DNA of 64,000 nucleotides from Octopus sinensis. Lineage: Eukaryota. Where the stretch lies: assembly GCF_006345805.1 (NCBI RefSeq), contig NC_042999.1:150722001-150786000 (forward strand), given 5' to 3'. Below, piece by piece: positions 11,090 through 23,950 of the stretch (within the stretch, counting starts at the first letter, position 1; every line of letters starts with the position of its first letter). The notes beneath the pieces are model-generated. The model saw nothing but the letters and a program-made list of their open reading frames with translations. It ran no database searches and was not told the origin of the DNA. A program made the translations under genes and the position numbers.

Positions 11090-11304
11090 CACTTTTGTTA
11101 CCATATTTCTGTTGAGGTGTTCTGTGTTTCTTTCAATTAATTTTAAATAGAACAAAGAATTTTGTAAAATAACTTAGTTATCATTAAGCTAGTATTAGGA
11201 ACATAAATCGTGACTAAGGTTTTGTGGAAGATTTTAATTCAAAACTTATGAAAACAAAACATTTGTACTCAGAGCTGGTTTCAGCCGGGTTGGTAATGAG
11301 AGGG
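11090..11304. mobile_element. TTAA-flanked MITE, family B, copy 2 (tandem with copy 1)
   Basis: TTAA at 11086-11089 and 11305-11308; internal sequence homologous to 10839-11058. Confidence 0.82.
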
Positions 11305-11438
11305 TTAAGGCTGCATATTATTCCCATATTGCAGTACCTGTTTACTTTGGTTGGTAACTCACACCCTGTCAACTTCACCAAATGTATACCTCTTGCTGAT
11401 ATTTTCTGAAAATCCGTAAGCACATATATATAGTCTTT

Positions 11439-11494
<56 letters not shown>

Positions 11495-14024
11495 CTGTAT
11501 AGCCTAAAGCTTATCAATGAGTGTATATATAATATGATCTTGTCTATTTATCTTAGTTTTAACTATGTACTGTATAATTGACGTTATCTAATGTAGCAAT
11601 GATCGTGCCAATCATAGGGGAAGCACACATTTCTGTAACTGAACAAGCCTAAATGTGCTGCCACAACCCCCAAATATACTCTTAGAGCTGGGAAAGGCTG
11701 TGACAAACTGTTAAAAGTTTATACTGAATTGTAAACATCCTCAACTTTGAAACTGAACAATTTGAAGCAAAATTTTTTGAGTTTTTAGATACACACACAC
11801 ACATACATGTGTGCATTCTTACATATACCCATGTTACAAAATAAGAGAGGAAATTAGGAAAAATATAGAAGACGATTTTCTTGGTTGCTTTTTATTTAAG
11901 TTTAAAAAAAAAATTCTTCCTGGTTATTGTAAAAAAATTGTTTATATGGTAACATACATGTAAGTCTGGCTATTCAAGTGCAATTACTGAAAGATCAGTT
12001 ACATAACCATCTTAAGGAACTGTCTCACAATAATAGCTGTAGTACTTTCATTTCTTTTACCCACTGACATCAGTGCAAGCTGTCATGGTGTTTTGGGACT
12101 TATCTTGATTCTCACAATGTTAACCAGTTGAGTGTCCTTACTGAAAAAATATGTACCCAATGAAGGATAAGAACATATTAGTGATCTGGTGCTGAGTGGT
12201 GACTTCCATAACCAGTTGGATTATATAAAAGGGTATCATAGAAAACTTTATCTTCCTGTAATGTACTTAGGGGGAGTCACCTTTGTTGATGACTTATTTC
12301 TTTGAACTTTTATACCCAAAGGAAAAGTTGAACTGTACAGAGTAAAATAGCAAAACACTAAGAAATTTTACAGTGTGTTGATACCCTGTGGTATATATAT
12401 AAATGACGATGATGATATATATATACATATATATGGGAATTTGGAGATGGGGAAAAATTAGTGAGATTAATATACATCGTTCATTTTCCTTATTTTTGCA
12501 TGGACTAAATGGATGCATTTTATTGAAGCATTGTTTTACGACCATTTGTTTTTCTTGTCACTAACCTTCGTCTGTTTTTCAAGTAAGAGCTCACTTATTT
12601 CACACTGCTTCAAAGGCATGAAATGCCCAGACAATTTGGTGACAAGAGACTCTGATAACACTTCATATTGCACTTTTGTACAAATGACAACACCACACTA
12701 TTTTTGTACAAGTGACTAAAAATGTAAACACTTAACATAGACATGTGCACACCTACACACACATATATACAAAAGTCCTCACTATTTTTGTTTGTTACTG
12801 TTTCCATCCCTAAGTACCTCTGACCTCCATCTCTGCCACTGCACTTCTCTCAGCCCTCCCCCACTTCACATAATCTCTGTATTTCTCATCTATATATGGT
12901 TTTATTATACTAGTACTCTCTTCACCTTCTCTGTACTGTCCCTTATCACCTACAGCTCTCTGACCCACTCCCTATTTCTTTCACTCCTCACAAAACTGAG
13001 ATTCACCATTGAGCAATCATCACCTGTGTTCACAATTCACCCTAATTCACCTTTCTCTTTATCTCCAATCACCTGTGTCACTCTCACACTCTCGAGAACT
13101 GACATAACCACTCCACATTTCTGATCCTCTCTCATCCCTGAAACCTTATCACCATCTTTTCTCCAGTTCCAGGTAGGAGTGGGCACGAATCTCTTCTGCA
13201 GCAATACACCTGTAACTACCCCTCTGTCATCCTTTTAGCTTCTCAACAACCAGCACAAAGGGTCCCTTAATATTGCACCCTCACTCAGTCAAGAGGTCTT
13301 GGATTATGAGTTACTCGGTCATTTCATAAGTGTAGTGTCCCAAAAACGCATCTAGTGCACTATGTAAAATGGTTGATGTTATGAAGGCTATCCAGCCATA
13401 GAAACTATGCTGAAGCTTAACACAGTCCACTAGCTCATCAGATCCTGTTGAACTGTTCGATCCATGCCATCATGGGAGATGGACATTAACTGATAATGAT
13501 GATAATGGTGGTGGTGGTAGTGTTTGTCTTTCAGTTTCCTGTTAGCAAATCCTCTCACTTGGTTTTGGGTGGCCCCCAGAGTTATAGTAGAAGACTCTTG
13601 CCCAAGGTGGCACTCAGTGGGGACTGAACATGAGATGACATAGTGAGGAATAGAATAAGAGCAATGGAGAATGAGGATACGCCAAAATCTGGAAGTTGTC
13701 CAACAGAAAGAAAATGTACGAAGAAATAAGGATAGAAATTCAGTGAAAGAGTTGAAAAAAATTGTGAAGAAATGTTAATGTTTTCTTCTATATGTTTGAG
13801 GTTAATGGTTAGTAGAAGCAATGAGGAGAAAAAAAAACAACTTTTTCATGTTTCTTATTCTATGATTTTCAATTTAAATTGTTTCACATATATATCCTTA
13901 ATGCTCTTGGGGAAGATATGAAATCCCTTACTGTCACTTTTTCCTTATTCCATGAACTTCAGTTTTCATGCCAGAGTAAATAAAAGCCATTATTTTATAT
14001 TTTTTCCTGAATCCTGCATACAAA

Positions 14025-14064
<40 letters not shown>

Positions 14065-14484
14065 TATCAAACAAACAAAACTGGGCAGAAATTTTCCAGT
14101 GCTTTTTATGTTCTCTGAAAAAAAAAATAGCAAAACAACTTCACTGTTGCTGTTTTTTAATTCCTCGCCAACTTTGAGATAAATTGTGTTATTCTTTTCC
14201 TATAAATATCCATCCTTAAATAACCAACTATTCATACATTTAATAATCAATTTTCTCTATCAAAGCTAGATAAACATGTGGTAGAATGATTGTAATCCTG
14301 TTGGCCCTTTCATGAATATAAGTACCATTTTTTTTCATAGTATTCTTCTAGACACACATATATGTTTACACACACATCTCTCTCTCACCTTTCTTTCTCT
14401 CTCTCTTACATCTAAATGCATTTGTATGTATGAGTATATTAATTTGTGTATATGTGTATATATATGTGTATGTTTATGTGTCTG

Positions 14485-14730
14485 TAGGCGCAGCCATGGC
14501 TGTATAGAAAGAAGCTTGCTTTCCAACCACATGGTTCCAGGTTCAACTCCAGTATATATATATATATAGGTGCAGGAGTGGCTGTGTGGTAAGAAGCTTG
14601 CCTTCCAAACACATGGCTCTGGGTTCAGTCCCACTGCATGACACCTTGGGCAAGTGTCTTCTACTATAGCCTCAAGCCAACCAAAGCCTCGTGAGTGGAT
14701 TTGGTAGATGGAAACTGAGAGAAGCCCATC
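14485..14730 (+). mobile_element. tRNA/CORE-type SINE with a duplicated head
   Basis: Two tRNA-like heads (about 14485 and 14568) separated by (TA)n, then the CORE-like body. Confidence 0.75.
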
Positions 14731-15525
14731 ATTTATATATATGGCTTGAAGGTTTGGTAACTATTTAGTTACATATTTAGGAGTTGATTGTAATTTACTT
14801 ATTGGATTTATTTATTGATACAGTTGTACACAGGATAAATGTGTTTGAAAGTTGTGGTTTCTTTGTTTTTCTCAAACAACACTTATTTTAGTGCTGTTGA
14901 TACTACCAGATTGAATGGTACTAACCAGGTGTCAAAACCATAATGATATTTGTGAGGCAGCTAATGATGTATGTATGTTGGATTGTTGGTATGGCTGTGG
15001 AATAGTATTATAACACATCCCTTTGATATATTATATATATATATGTATGTATATTTATGTATGCATGTTTCTGTCAGTTTCTTCCATGCACATCACCATC
15101 ACTGCTTGACAACTGGTGTTGGTGTACTTGCATCCCTGAAACTTAGTGGTTCAGCAAAAGAGACTGGCAAAATAAATACGAGGCTTAAGATATAAGTACT
15201 GGGGTTGATTCATCTAACTAAAAATTCTTCAAGGTGGGCTTCTTTCAGTTTTCGCCTACCAAATCCTCTCACAAGGGTTTGGTTCGCTCGAGGCTATAGT
15301 AGATGACACTTACCCAAAGTGCCATGCAGTGGGACTGAACTCGGATCCATGTGTTTGGTAAGCAGCCTACTTACCACACAGCCACTGCTGTGCCTATTAT
15401 TAAATTTTTGTGTTATTTTTTTATTTTATACACAATTTTTTGCGCTGAGCCCCACTTGCCCCTTCTGTTGTAATGTCTTCTTTTGTTTTGTGTTTGGCCC
15501 TTGTGGCCGTTAAAGAAAAGATTGC

Positions 15526-15568
<43 letters not shown>

Positions 15569-15574
15569 TAATGT

Positions 15575-15770
15575 GGTCAGCTGGCAAAATGCTTAGCAGG
15601 ATTTCGTCTGTCCTTACATTCTGAGTTCAAATTCCGCTGAGTTCGACTTTGCTTTCATCCTTTGAAAGTCAATGAAATAAGTACCACTCATGCACTGGAG
15701 TCAATGTAATCAACTAGCCCCTTCCCCCAAAATTTCATGCCTTGTGCCTATAGCAGAAAGGATTATTGTT
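15575..15770 (+). mobile_element. Deu/Nin-type SINE
   Basis: Family head, core and ...ccttgtgcctatagcagaaag tail. Confidence 0.8.
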
Positions 15771-15796
15771 ATTATTATCATTATTACTATTGTGAA

Positions 15797-16085
15797 GGCG
15801 TAATGGCCCAGTGGTTAGGGCAGCGGACTCGCGGTTGTAGGATCGCGGTTTCGATTCCCAGACCGGACATTGTGAGTGTTTATTGAGCAAAAACATCTAA
15901 AGCTCCACAAGGCTCCGGCAGGGGGTGGGGGGTGGCAAACCCTGCTGTACTCTCTCACCACAACTTTTTCTCTCTCTTTATTTCAAAGGGCCAGCTTTGT
16001 CACACTCTGTGTCACACTGAATCTCCCCGAGAACTACATTAAGGGTACCCGTGTCTGTGAAAGGCTCGGTCACTTGCACATTATT
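15797..16085 (+). mobile_element. tRNA-derived SINE, family E
   Basis: A box tggcccagtgg and B-box-like gtttcgattcc; homologous copies at 20655-21033 (-), 41786-42088 (+), 51212-51514 (-) and 33715-33990 (-). Confidence 0.85.
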
Positions 16086-16647
16086 AAATGAGCTGTGATG
16101 TCACTGGTGCCAAGCTGTATAGGCCTTTGCCTTTCCCTTGGATAACATCAGTGGTGTGGAGAGGGGGAGGCTGGTATGCATGGGTGACTGCTGGTCTTCC
16201 ATAAACAACCTTGCTCAGACTTGTGCCTTGGAGGGTAACTTTCTAGGTACAATCCCATGGTCATTCATGACCAAAGGGGGTCACAACAACACAACAATTA
16301 TTATTATTATCCCTTTATCACAGGTTTTGTTGGAGCTCCTCTAAGACTTGCATGCATAGCGGGCTTGCTGCCTGCAGCCTATGATACCATGCTATCTGTT
16401 CTTTTCAACTATCAAATGCTTTCCTGATTATTCTAGCTGTGCCAATGAGGCAAACCCTTTGTAACAGTTCTACTGGGTACTCTATTCTGATTTCCTTTAT
16501 ATTCCTCTTGATGCCTTGTTATTATACCTTATTATTATTATTATTATCATTATTATGTGAGGTTGTTGATTGAAGACATTGTGTCTACCAGGGTGTGCGT
16601 GTACTGTTTGACCAGTCACAAGACAGTACTTTACACAATATGCATGC

Positions 16648-16687
<40 letters not shown>

Positions 16688-17428
16688 TGTAGTAGTAGTG
16701 GTGGTGGTGGTGTTAATAAAGTGGTGGATTGGAACAATCATAAGAGCATTAGAAAAATTACTTGGTGTTATTTGTACTTATACACAACAAGCTTCTTTCA
16801 GTTTCCATCAGTCAAATCCACTCAAGTGACTTTGGTTAGCTTGGGGCAATAGCAGAAAGACACTTGTCAAAGGTGCCATGCAGTGGAATTGAACCCAAAA
16901 CCACATGGCTGCAAAGCAAACTTCTTAATATAAAAGTGTTATTTTCTCTGGTTATGCTCTACTAAGTTTACTGCGATTTCACTCTGCCTTGTCGAGTAAC
17001 CCTTCATTAGCCATTCTATGGGACCCATTCTGTATATGAACCCACTGCACTTGATGATTTCTTCATTTCAAAGGGTTTACTCTCTCCGGGATTGTGGAAA
17101 GGTTTTTTTTCTTCTTTTTTTTAGTGGTTAGGAAGATTTTATCTCTGGCTGTCTACCTTTAGGGAACAACAAGATACTTGTATTTACTGAGATATAGACT
17201 CAAGGGATTGCTCGAGAGATCTTTCTGGAAAGATTTTCTGCTTTATGATTTCTTACTTTAACATCCCTGCATTTACAACCGTGTGTGTGTGTGTGTGTGT
17301 GTGTATAAGCAATAAAAGACATACATGCACCCCCACACACACGTCATCATTCAGTTGTGGAGATATCCAGTTTATTAGAAAATTTGCTCAAACATTTACA
17401 CTTACATGCACATGTACACATATACACA

Positions 17429-17469
<41 letters not shown>

Positions 17470-18650
17470 ACTTAAGAGAAAAATCAAATGAAGGAAAGCA
17501 ACAACGTTTCCATGAACCGAGGAAACTCCCAACTCCCAATGGTTAGTATCCAGGAGAGAATAGCTTATCTGTTTACATCTAACACATTAAAGGAGCCACA
17601 CACTACAAACAAACAAAACTGCGCGAAGTTAAATATTATTTTATTTATTTTTTATATTTAGTTTTTCAACTATGACAAGAGACCTTATTCCCAGCTGATA
17701 TGGTAACCAGTTCCTTGGATATATATTCCTGTTGGATTTAGTTTCACTGATGTGTATGAAAGAGAGATAATCCTTCTACTATAGGCACAAGGCCAGAACC
17801 TTTGGGGGAGGGGACTAGTCGATCGACCCCAAAAGGACGAAAGGCAAAATTGCCCTTGGCAGAATTTGAACTCAGAATGGAGCGACAGGTGAAATACTGC
17901 TAAGCATTTCATCCAACGTGCTAATGACTCTGCCATCTCACTGCCTTTATGAAAGAGAGATAATGAGAATGTGGTGACATAGAATATCTCAAGTCAAACT
18001 GTAATTCAATCAAAGGCCAATCTCAAAATGCTGAACTTAATGAAATGAAATGAAATGATAAAGGACTGAGAAATGTGGTGAGTTATTGTATTCAAGAAGA
18101 CCCACCCACCACGACAATATTGATATCCTAAACCCAATGTGACACTTAAAAAGGGTGGGTGTGGGTGCTGGTGCCACGTAAAAAGTGCTGGAACTGGTGT
18201 CATGTAAAAAGCACCCAGTACACTCTGTAAAGTGGTTGGTGTTAAGGGCAACCAGCTGTAGAAACCAAGCCAAAACAGATTATGAGACCTGGTGCGGCCC
18301 TCTAGCCTTGCTAGTTCATGACAAGCTGTCCAACCCATGCCAGCATGGAAAATAGATATTAAGGATATGTGTATATGATAGGTTTAGATATATATTCCAT
18401 CTATCAAATTCCACCTTATGATATTGGTGAACCTGAGGCTGTTATAGAAGACATTTATTGAAGGTGCTGTGTTGTGGTATTGAACCCAGAAACATGTGGT
18501 TGCCAAGTGGGCTTCTTAACTACATGTCCATGCCACTGCTTTGGGTTAAAGGCCTAAATATCTTACATGATTTTATTTTAGAATTGTAAAGTAAAGCTTA
18601 ACCCTTTAGCATTCAGATTACTGTCAAATGTAATGTTTATTTATTCACAT

Positions 18651-18937
18651 TCATCATCATCATCATCATCATCCATTATTTTGAATCCGGGGTTTGTCCC
18701 CGTTAACGGGGGTGGCTGGATTTACCTCAATACCATAGCAACCGCCCTCACACCATCTGACCATCTTGCCTGGTTTAAGGCGTCCTCTCTTCTCAAGCCG
18801 ACCCTCCCAATCTCCTCCTCCACCTGTCCCCTCCACATTTTCCTTGGTCTACCTTGCTTTTGCTCTGGTAGCGTTGACTTTGAAAGGGATCTCAAGGAGT
18901 AGCATCCCTGCCTTCTTGAGCTAGTTTTCCACCACAT
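18651..18937 (-). mobile_element. 3' end of an RTE-clade LINE with a (GAT)n tail
   Basis: ORF ...QGRPRKMWRGQVEEEIGRVGLRREDALNQARW... matches the RTE C-terminal GRPxxxW...GL..EDA..R..W pattern, followed by a short UTR and gat repeats. Confidence 0.8.
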
Positions 18938-19077
18938 TTCTTAAAAATCATAGTAGAGGCCTTGGTCTCGGGACCAATCATGTCTTGAAACTGAGGTTGG
19001 GGGTAAGCAAGGGCATGCTTGTGTTTGGAACATAAATAAACATGAAATTTTGATGCAAGTGGAAAGTTTTACTTTAA

Positions 19078-19299
19078 CCCTTTAGTGTTTGCATTATTCT
19101 ACCAAAATTAATGCTTTTTTATCCACATTGTTTTGAACTAATCATTCATTAATCTTGTAGCTTTGAGATTTTGATGAGGTAGCTGTTCATTTTTTAATTG
19201 ATAATGTAGGGTTGGTGTGAGAGACCAAATCTGACCAGTTTGAACATAAAACAGGCAGAATACTTTTGGCCGGATATGGCCGGTTTAAATGCTAAAGGG
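19078..19299. mobile_element. TTAA-flanked MITE, family A (222 bp)
   Basis: TTAA at 19074-19077 and 19300-19303; TIR ccctttag/ctaaaggg. Confidence 0.88.
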
Positions 19300-19872
19300 T
19301 TAAATCATTTTATAAAAGTAACTTTTGTATTATAGAACAAAAGGCATTCTCAGATGGGTTGGAATGAAAAGGGTTTCACGTGTTCTAAATTTAAAACCTT
19401 CCATCAAAGTTACTTGCTAATTTATGTTCTAAACACCATCTTGCTCCGACAGTTATTTTACTAATTTCTTTATCATTTTCAAAATTGATTCAAATAAAAG
19501 CAGTGGTGTATTTTAACAGAAATATTGCAGTGAAAGGGTTAAGCTAGTGTCATATGATTTGAGGGATATTTGGATGTTATTTCTAGCAGGTCAAGTGACA
19601 CTATACTGGTTCCTTTGTTCCTGTTGTTGTTGTTGGCAGAGATGGTGTCTTCTTTTTGCTCATCTTCATATTTTCCTTCATCTTATTCTTTCTAATTCTT
19701 CTTCCTTTTTCTTTTTTCCTTCATTTTTTCCCATTTATTTTCTCTCTTTAATCTCCTTTTTCTTCTTCCTTTTTTACTTCTCTTCTTTTCTATTAAGAAC
19801 CAGAGCTAGAATTAACACAGCTGTATCACCTCCTGCAGTTTATTCACAATTCCAAAAGCATTTTTTTTCTTT

Positions 19873-19915
<43 letters not shown>

Positions 19916-20499
19916 ACTACTACTACTCTTCTTATTTTATTTTTTATATTCTGCATAAAGATTGAATCATTAACTCAACTGGATAATGACATTTTGATTC
20001 CAGTTACACTTGACAGCTCCATACTGGTACTCATTGACTTTTCTGCAAACCCAAGTTCTTTATCTACCACCACCACCAACAGTAATATGTAACCCTTTCC
20101 TTCTTCCATTCACTCCCCATTCTCAAGTACACACTTATTGAAATTTAAACTATTAGAATGACACAAATTTACAGCAGACTGTGGATTTGATGTAATTCTT
20201 TTTAACTTCCTTCCTTTTTCTTTTTTTGTCTCTCTACCCTTCTTTTTTTCTTCTCTTGCTCTCTTCTCTCTCTTTTTCCTGCCCCATTTCTTTCTCTCTC
20301 TCTCTCTCTTTCTCAATTTCTTCATATGCAAGAATTTATGTGTGTGCATGTCAAGTGATCATCAGAGCTTCGAGGATAACACTGAATGACACTCAAATTC
20401 CACGGCCAAATACCAGGAACTAAAAGGTACCAGAACTGCAAAAAAATTGTCCTTCTGAGTTCTGCCCACATCTTGAGAAAAACATTGTCAATAGGCAAT

Positions 20500-21275
20500 G
20501 TAGTGTGTAGTAAGCAGTTTGCTTCCTAACTGCGTGGTTCCGGGTTCAGATCCAGTGTGTGGCACCTTGGGCAAGTGTCTTCTGCTATAGCCCCAGGCTG
20601 ACTAAAGCTTTGTGAGTGGATTTGGCAGACAGAAACTGAAAGAAGTCCATCATATTGGTGGCACTCTGTTGGTTGCGACAGCGAGGGCTCTTGTTGATCC
20701 TGTTAACAGAACAGCCTGCTCGTGAAATTAACATTCAAGTGGATGAGCCCTCCACAGACACGGGTACCCTTTATGTAGTTCTCAGGGAGATTCCATGTGA
20801 CATAGAGTGTGGCAAAGCTGGCCCTTTGAAATACAGGTACAACAGAAACAGGAAGAAAGAGTGAGAGAAAGTTGTGGTGAAAGAGTACAGCAGAGTTCAC
20901 TACCACTCCCTTGCTGGAACCTCGTCTGGCTTTAGGTGATTTCACTCAACACTCACAACACTTGGTCTGGGAATCGAAACTGCGATCCTACGAATGCAAG
21001 TCCACTGCCTAATCACTGGGCCATTGCACCTCCACCCAATCATATATATATATGTGTGTGTGTGTATGGTGTGTGTCTCCCATCACTGCTTGACAACTGA
21101 TGTTGGTTTGTTTATGTCCCTGTAACTTAGTAGTTCAGCAAAAGAAACTGATTGAATAAGGCTTAAAAAAAAAAAGTACTGAGGTTGATTTGTTTGACTA
21201 ATACTTCTTCAAGGTGGTGCTGCAGAATGGTGACAGTCAAATGACTGAAACAAGTACAAGAGTAAAGAGTAAGAG
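20500..21275. mobile_element. Nested SINEs: tRNA/CORE SINE (+) split by a family E SINE (-, 20655-21033)
   Basis: CORE-SINE head ends at about 20655 and its tail resumes at about 21045. Confidence 0.8.
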
Positions 21276-22165
21276 TATCATCAGCATCTTTTAATGTCCA
21301 TCTTCCTTGCTGGCATGGGTTGGACAGTTTGACAGAATCTGACAGGTTCTAACGACTGTGTCATGTTCCAGTTGTCTGTTTTGGCATGGTTTCTCTACTG
21401 CTAGCTGCCCTTTCTAATGTCAATCACTTTACAGTGTGGACAGGGTGTTTTTTTTTTTCCTGCCACCAACACTAGTGAGGCAACCATGCAACTTACAAGA
21501 CTACCAGCTGCATTGCAACCTCACATATGATGGTAGTACAAATAAATAAATACATGAAATACAAAAAAAAAAACTGTGACCACTGACCACTTGTTCAAGG
21601 GTTCAATCTGTATCACAAAAAAAAATCATCTTAAGACTGGATGTCTTTTCTGCTACTTGCCATTCAAATGTGAATTGTGAGTGGAACCTGTTTATTGGTC
21701 TAAAAGACTGAGGCAATTCACAATGTTCTACTTATTTTGCCAGTATGATGTCTGGAAGTATTTTTTTACACAGCGCACGGAGAAGAAATCATTTAATCCT
21801 GTTTTTCGATGAATATTGATCAGTTACTGATAGAATATTGATCAGTAACTGATAGAGATATTGTTTCAGTTTTCTTTTTCTGCTTTTCATTACAAATTCC
21901 TGATTTGTAGCGAAAGATCTCAGAATGATAAGGTTTCCATTTAATTTTGTTCATATACCATTTTTAAATGGGAAAATGGATATTCTGCTGGTGTTATTGT
22001 TGTTGATGAAGAAGTGTAAAAAAAAAAATTCCATCCTCCTTTTCTCAGATCATAGAAACACACACGCATGTGTGTATGTGTGTATATATATATATATTAT
22101 ATAGACAGATAGACATACATACATACATATCTATTTATCTGTCTATATGTCTCTATGTCTGTATG

Positions 22166-22212
<47 letters not shown>

Positions 22213-22597
22213 TAATATAACTAGATGGATGAAATTGCTTCCGAAATTGTAATTTTGTAAAAAAAAGAGTTGTAAAACTAAAACATTGTAAGAGAGGAAA
22301 AGAGTAAGTAAGTATGAAAACAGATCTTGAAGATAGATATGAATGAAACAGAAAGTGGAAATGAAAGCCTGAAGTAAAAAAATCAAGATATAGAGAAAGA
22401 AGAGCAGGATTAATTAGTTTGTAATTAATGTTAATGGCAACTCCCATTTAGCTTCAGTTGATTTCATCTCTCTCTGTTCCTTTTTTTAATTTTTTTACCA
22501 GCCTTTCCATTCAACATTTTCCATCCTCTACTCCCTCACATACTTGTACTCTTCCTGCCACTCCTATAGTGAATCATCTAGTGATTGTTTTAATAAT

Positions 22598-22810
22598 CCT
22601 TTCTAGTATAGACACAAGGCCTGAAATTTGTGGGGAGTGGCTAAGTCGATTACATCGACCCCAGTGTGTAACTGGTACTTATTTTATTGACCCCAAAAGG
22701 ATGAAAGGCAAAGTCGACCTCGGTGGAATTTGAACTCAGAACGTAAAAGACAAGCACAATATCGATAAGCATTTCATCCAATGTGCTAATGATTCTGCCG
22801 GCTCACCACT
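22598..22810 (-). mobile_element. Deu/Nin-type SINE
   Basis: Full family copy. Confidence 0.85.
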
Positions 22811-22838
22811 TTCAAAATAACACAAAGAAAATGTCATT

Positions 22839-22911
22839 CGTCCAGCGTGGGGCTCGAACTCATGACCCCGAGATTAAGAGTCTTACGCTCTACTGACTGA
22901 GCTAGCAGAGT
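22839..22911 (-). tRNA. tRNA-Lys(CTT)-derived copy, probably a pseudogene
   Basis: Minus strand actctgctagctcagtcagtagagcgtaagactCTTaatctcggggtcatgagttcgagccccacgctggacg, about 62/73 identical to the metazoan tRNA-Lys-CTT as I recall it; A and B boxes retained; acceptor stem broken. Confidence 0.9.
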
Positions 22912-22923
22912 TGCTTGTGTGAA

Positions 22924-23042
22924 ATGCTTACAGCACCTAAGTTTCTCAAGCGGTCACCCATCTAAGTACTCACGAGGCTCAACATTGCTTAACTCCGATG
23001 ATCGGACGGGAACTGGTATTTTCATCATGATATGGCTGTTTT
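22924..23042 (-). rRNA. 5S rRNA copy, degenerate (probable pseudogene)
   Basis: Minus strand ...gccatatcatgatgaaaataccagttcccgtccgatcatcggagttaagcaatgttgagcctcgtgagtacttagatgggtgaccgcttgagaaacttaggtgctgtaagca aligns end to end with eukaryotic 5S; A box agttaagc and C-box region present. Confidence 0.9.
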
Positions 23043-23324
23043 AATAATGTCAGGCAGGAAATGTACCATGCTTTCTCATTATCAATAATTTGTTATTACT
23101 AAACAACAAAATGTTAATAACTAATTACTAAACAATTAGCGAAAGCAACTAATTGTTGTTTGTAGATGCTATACCAATGGAATTCTTCCATTCACAACTT
23201 ATATTATGAATTTATTAAAATTCTTTTTTTATTATTATTAACCAAAATTTCATGATCAAATAAAATTTGCATTGTTAGTCATCCATATCTGTTATTAATA
23301 TAATCATGCCAAAAATATACTCAT

Positions 23325-23950
23325 AGGTGCAGGAGTGGCTGTGTGGTAAGAAGCTTGCTTCCCAACCACATAGTCCTGGTTTCAGTCCCAGTGTGTGGCA
23401 CTTTGGTCTTCTGTTATAGCCTTGGGCCAACCAAACCCTTGAGAGTGGATTTAGTTGACAGAAACTGAAAAGGGTCAATCATATATATGTATATATATAA
23501 GTAATTTTGAGAAAAGTCATCTTTTAATTTAAATTAAAAGCTGACTCTTTTAATATTTTTTTTTTATAATACTTGTTTCAGTCCGTTGACTGCGGCCATG
23601 CTGGAGCACCACCTTTAGTCGAGCAACTCGACCCCGGGACTTATTCTTTGTAAGCCCAGTATTTATTCTATTGGTCTCTTTTGCTGAACCGCTAAGTGAC
23701 GGGGACATAAACACACCAGCATCGGTTGTCAAGCAATGCTAAGGGGACAAACACAGACACGCAGACATATATATATATATATATACATATGTACGATGGG
23801 CTTCTTTCAGTTTCCGTTTACCAAATCCACTCACAAGGCTTTGGTCGGCCCATGGCTATAGTAGAAGACACTTGCCCAAGGTGCCACGCATTGGGACTGA
23901 ACCTGGAACCATGTGGTTGGTAAGCAAGCTACTTACCACACAGCCACTCC
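23325..23950. mobile_element. Two tRNA/CORE-type SINEs in opposite orientation (23325-23490 +, 23570-23950 -, full length)
   Basis: Family consensus match; the minus copy retains many CpGs. Confidence 0.85.

Noticed and set aside
17465-17640. Repeat-like segment containing ggaaacgtt on the minus strand, possibly another Penelope terminus
   Set aside because: No CUGANGA core or pairing stems found; family unassigned.
21812-21858. Tandem gaatattgatcagttactgata duplication resembling C/D-box motifs
   Set aside because: No proper C box or terminal stem; better explained as a short slippage duplication.
22839-23042. Calling the tRNA-Lys and 5S copies functional genes
   Set aside because: The tRNA acceptor and anticodon stems have mismatches and the 5S has many CpG-type transitions, so both are reported as degenerate.
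23131-23157. Hairpin aacaattagc-gaaa-gcaactaattgtt near the 5S copy
   Set aside because: A 9-bp AT-rich stem is expected by chance in 64 kb, and the GAAA loop is on the strand opposite the 5S.
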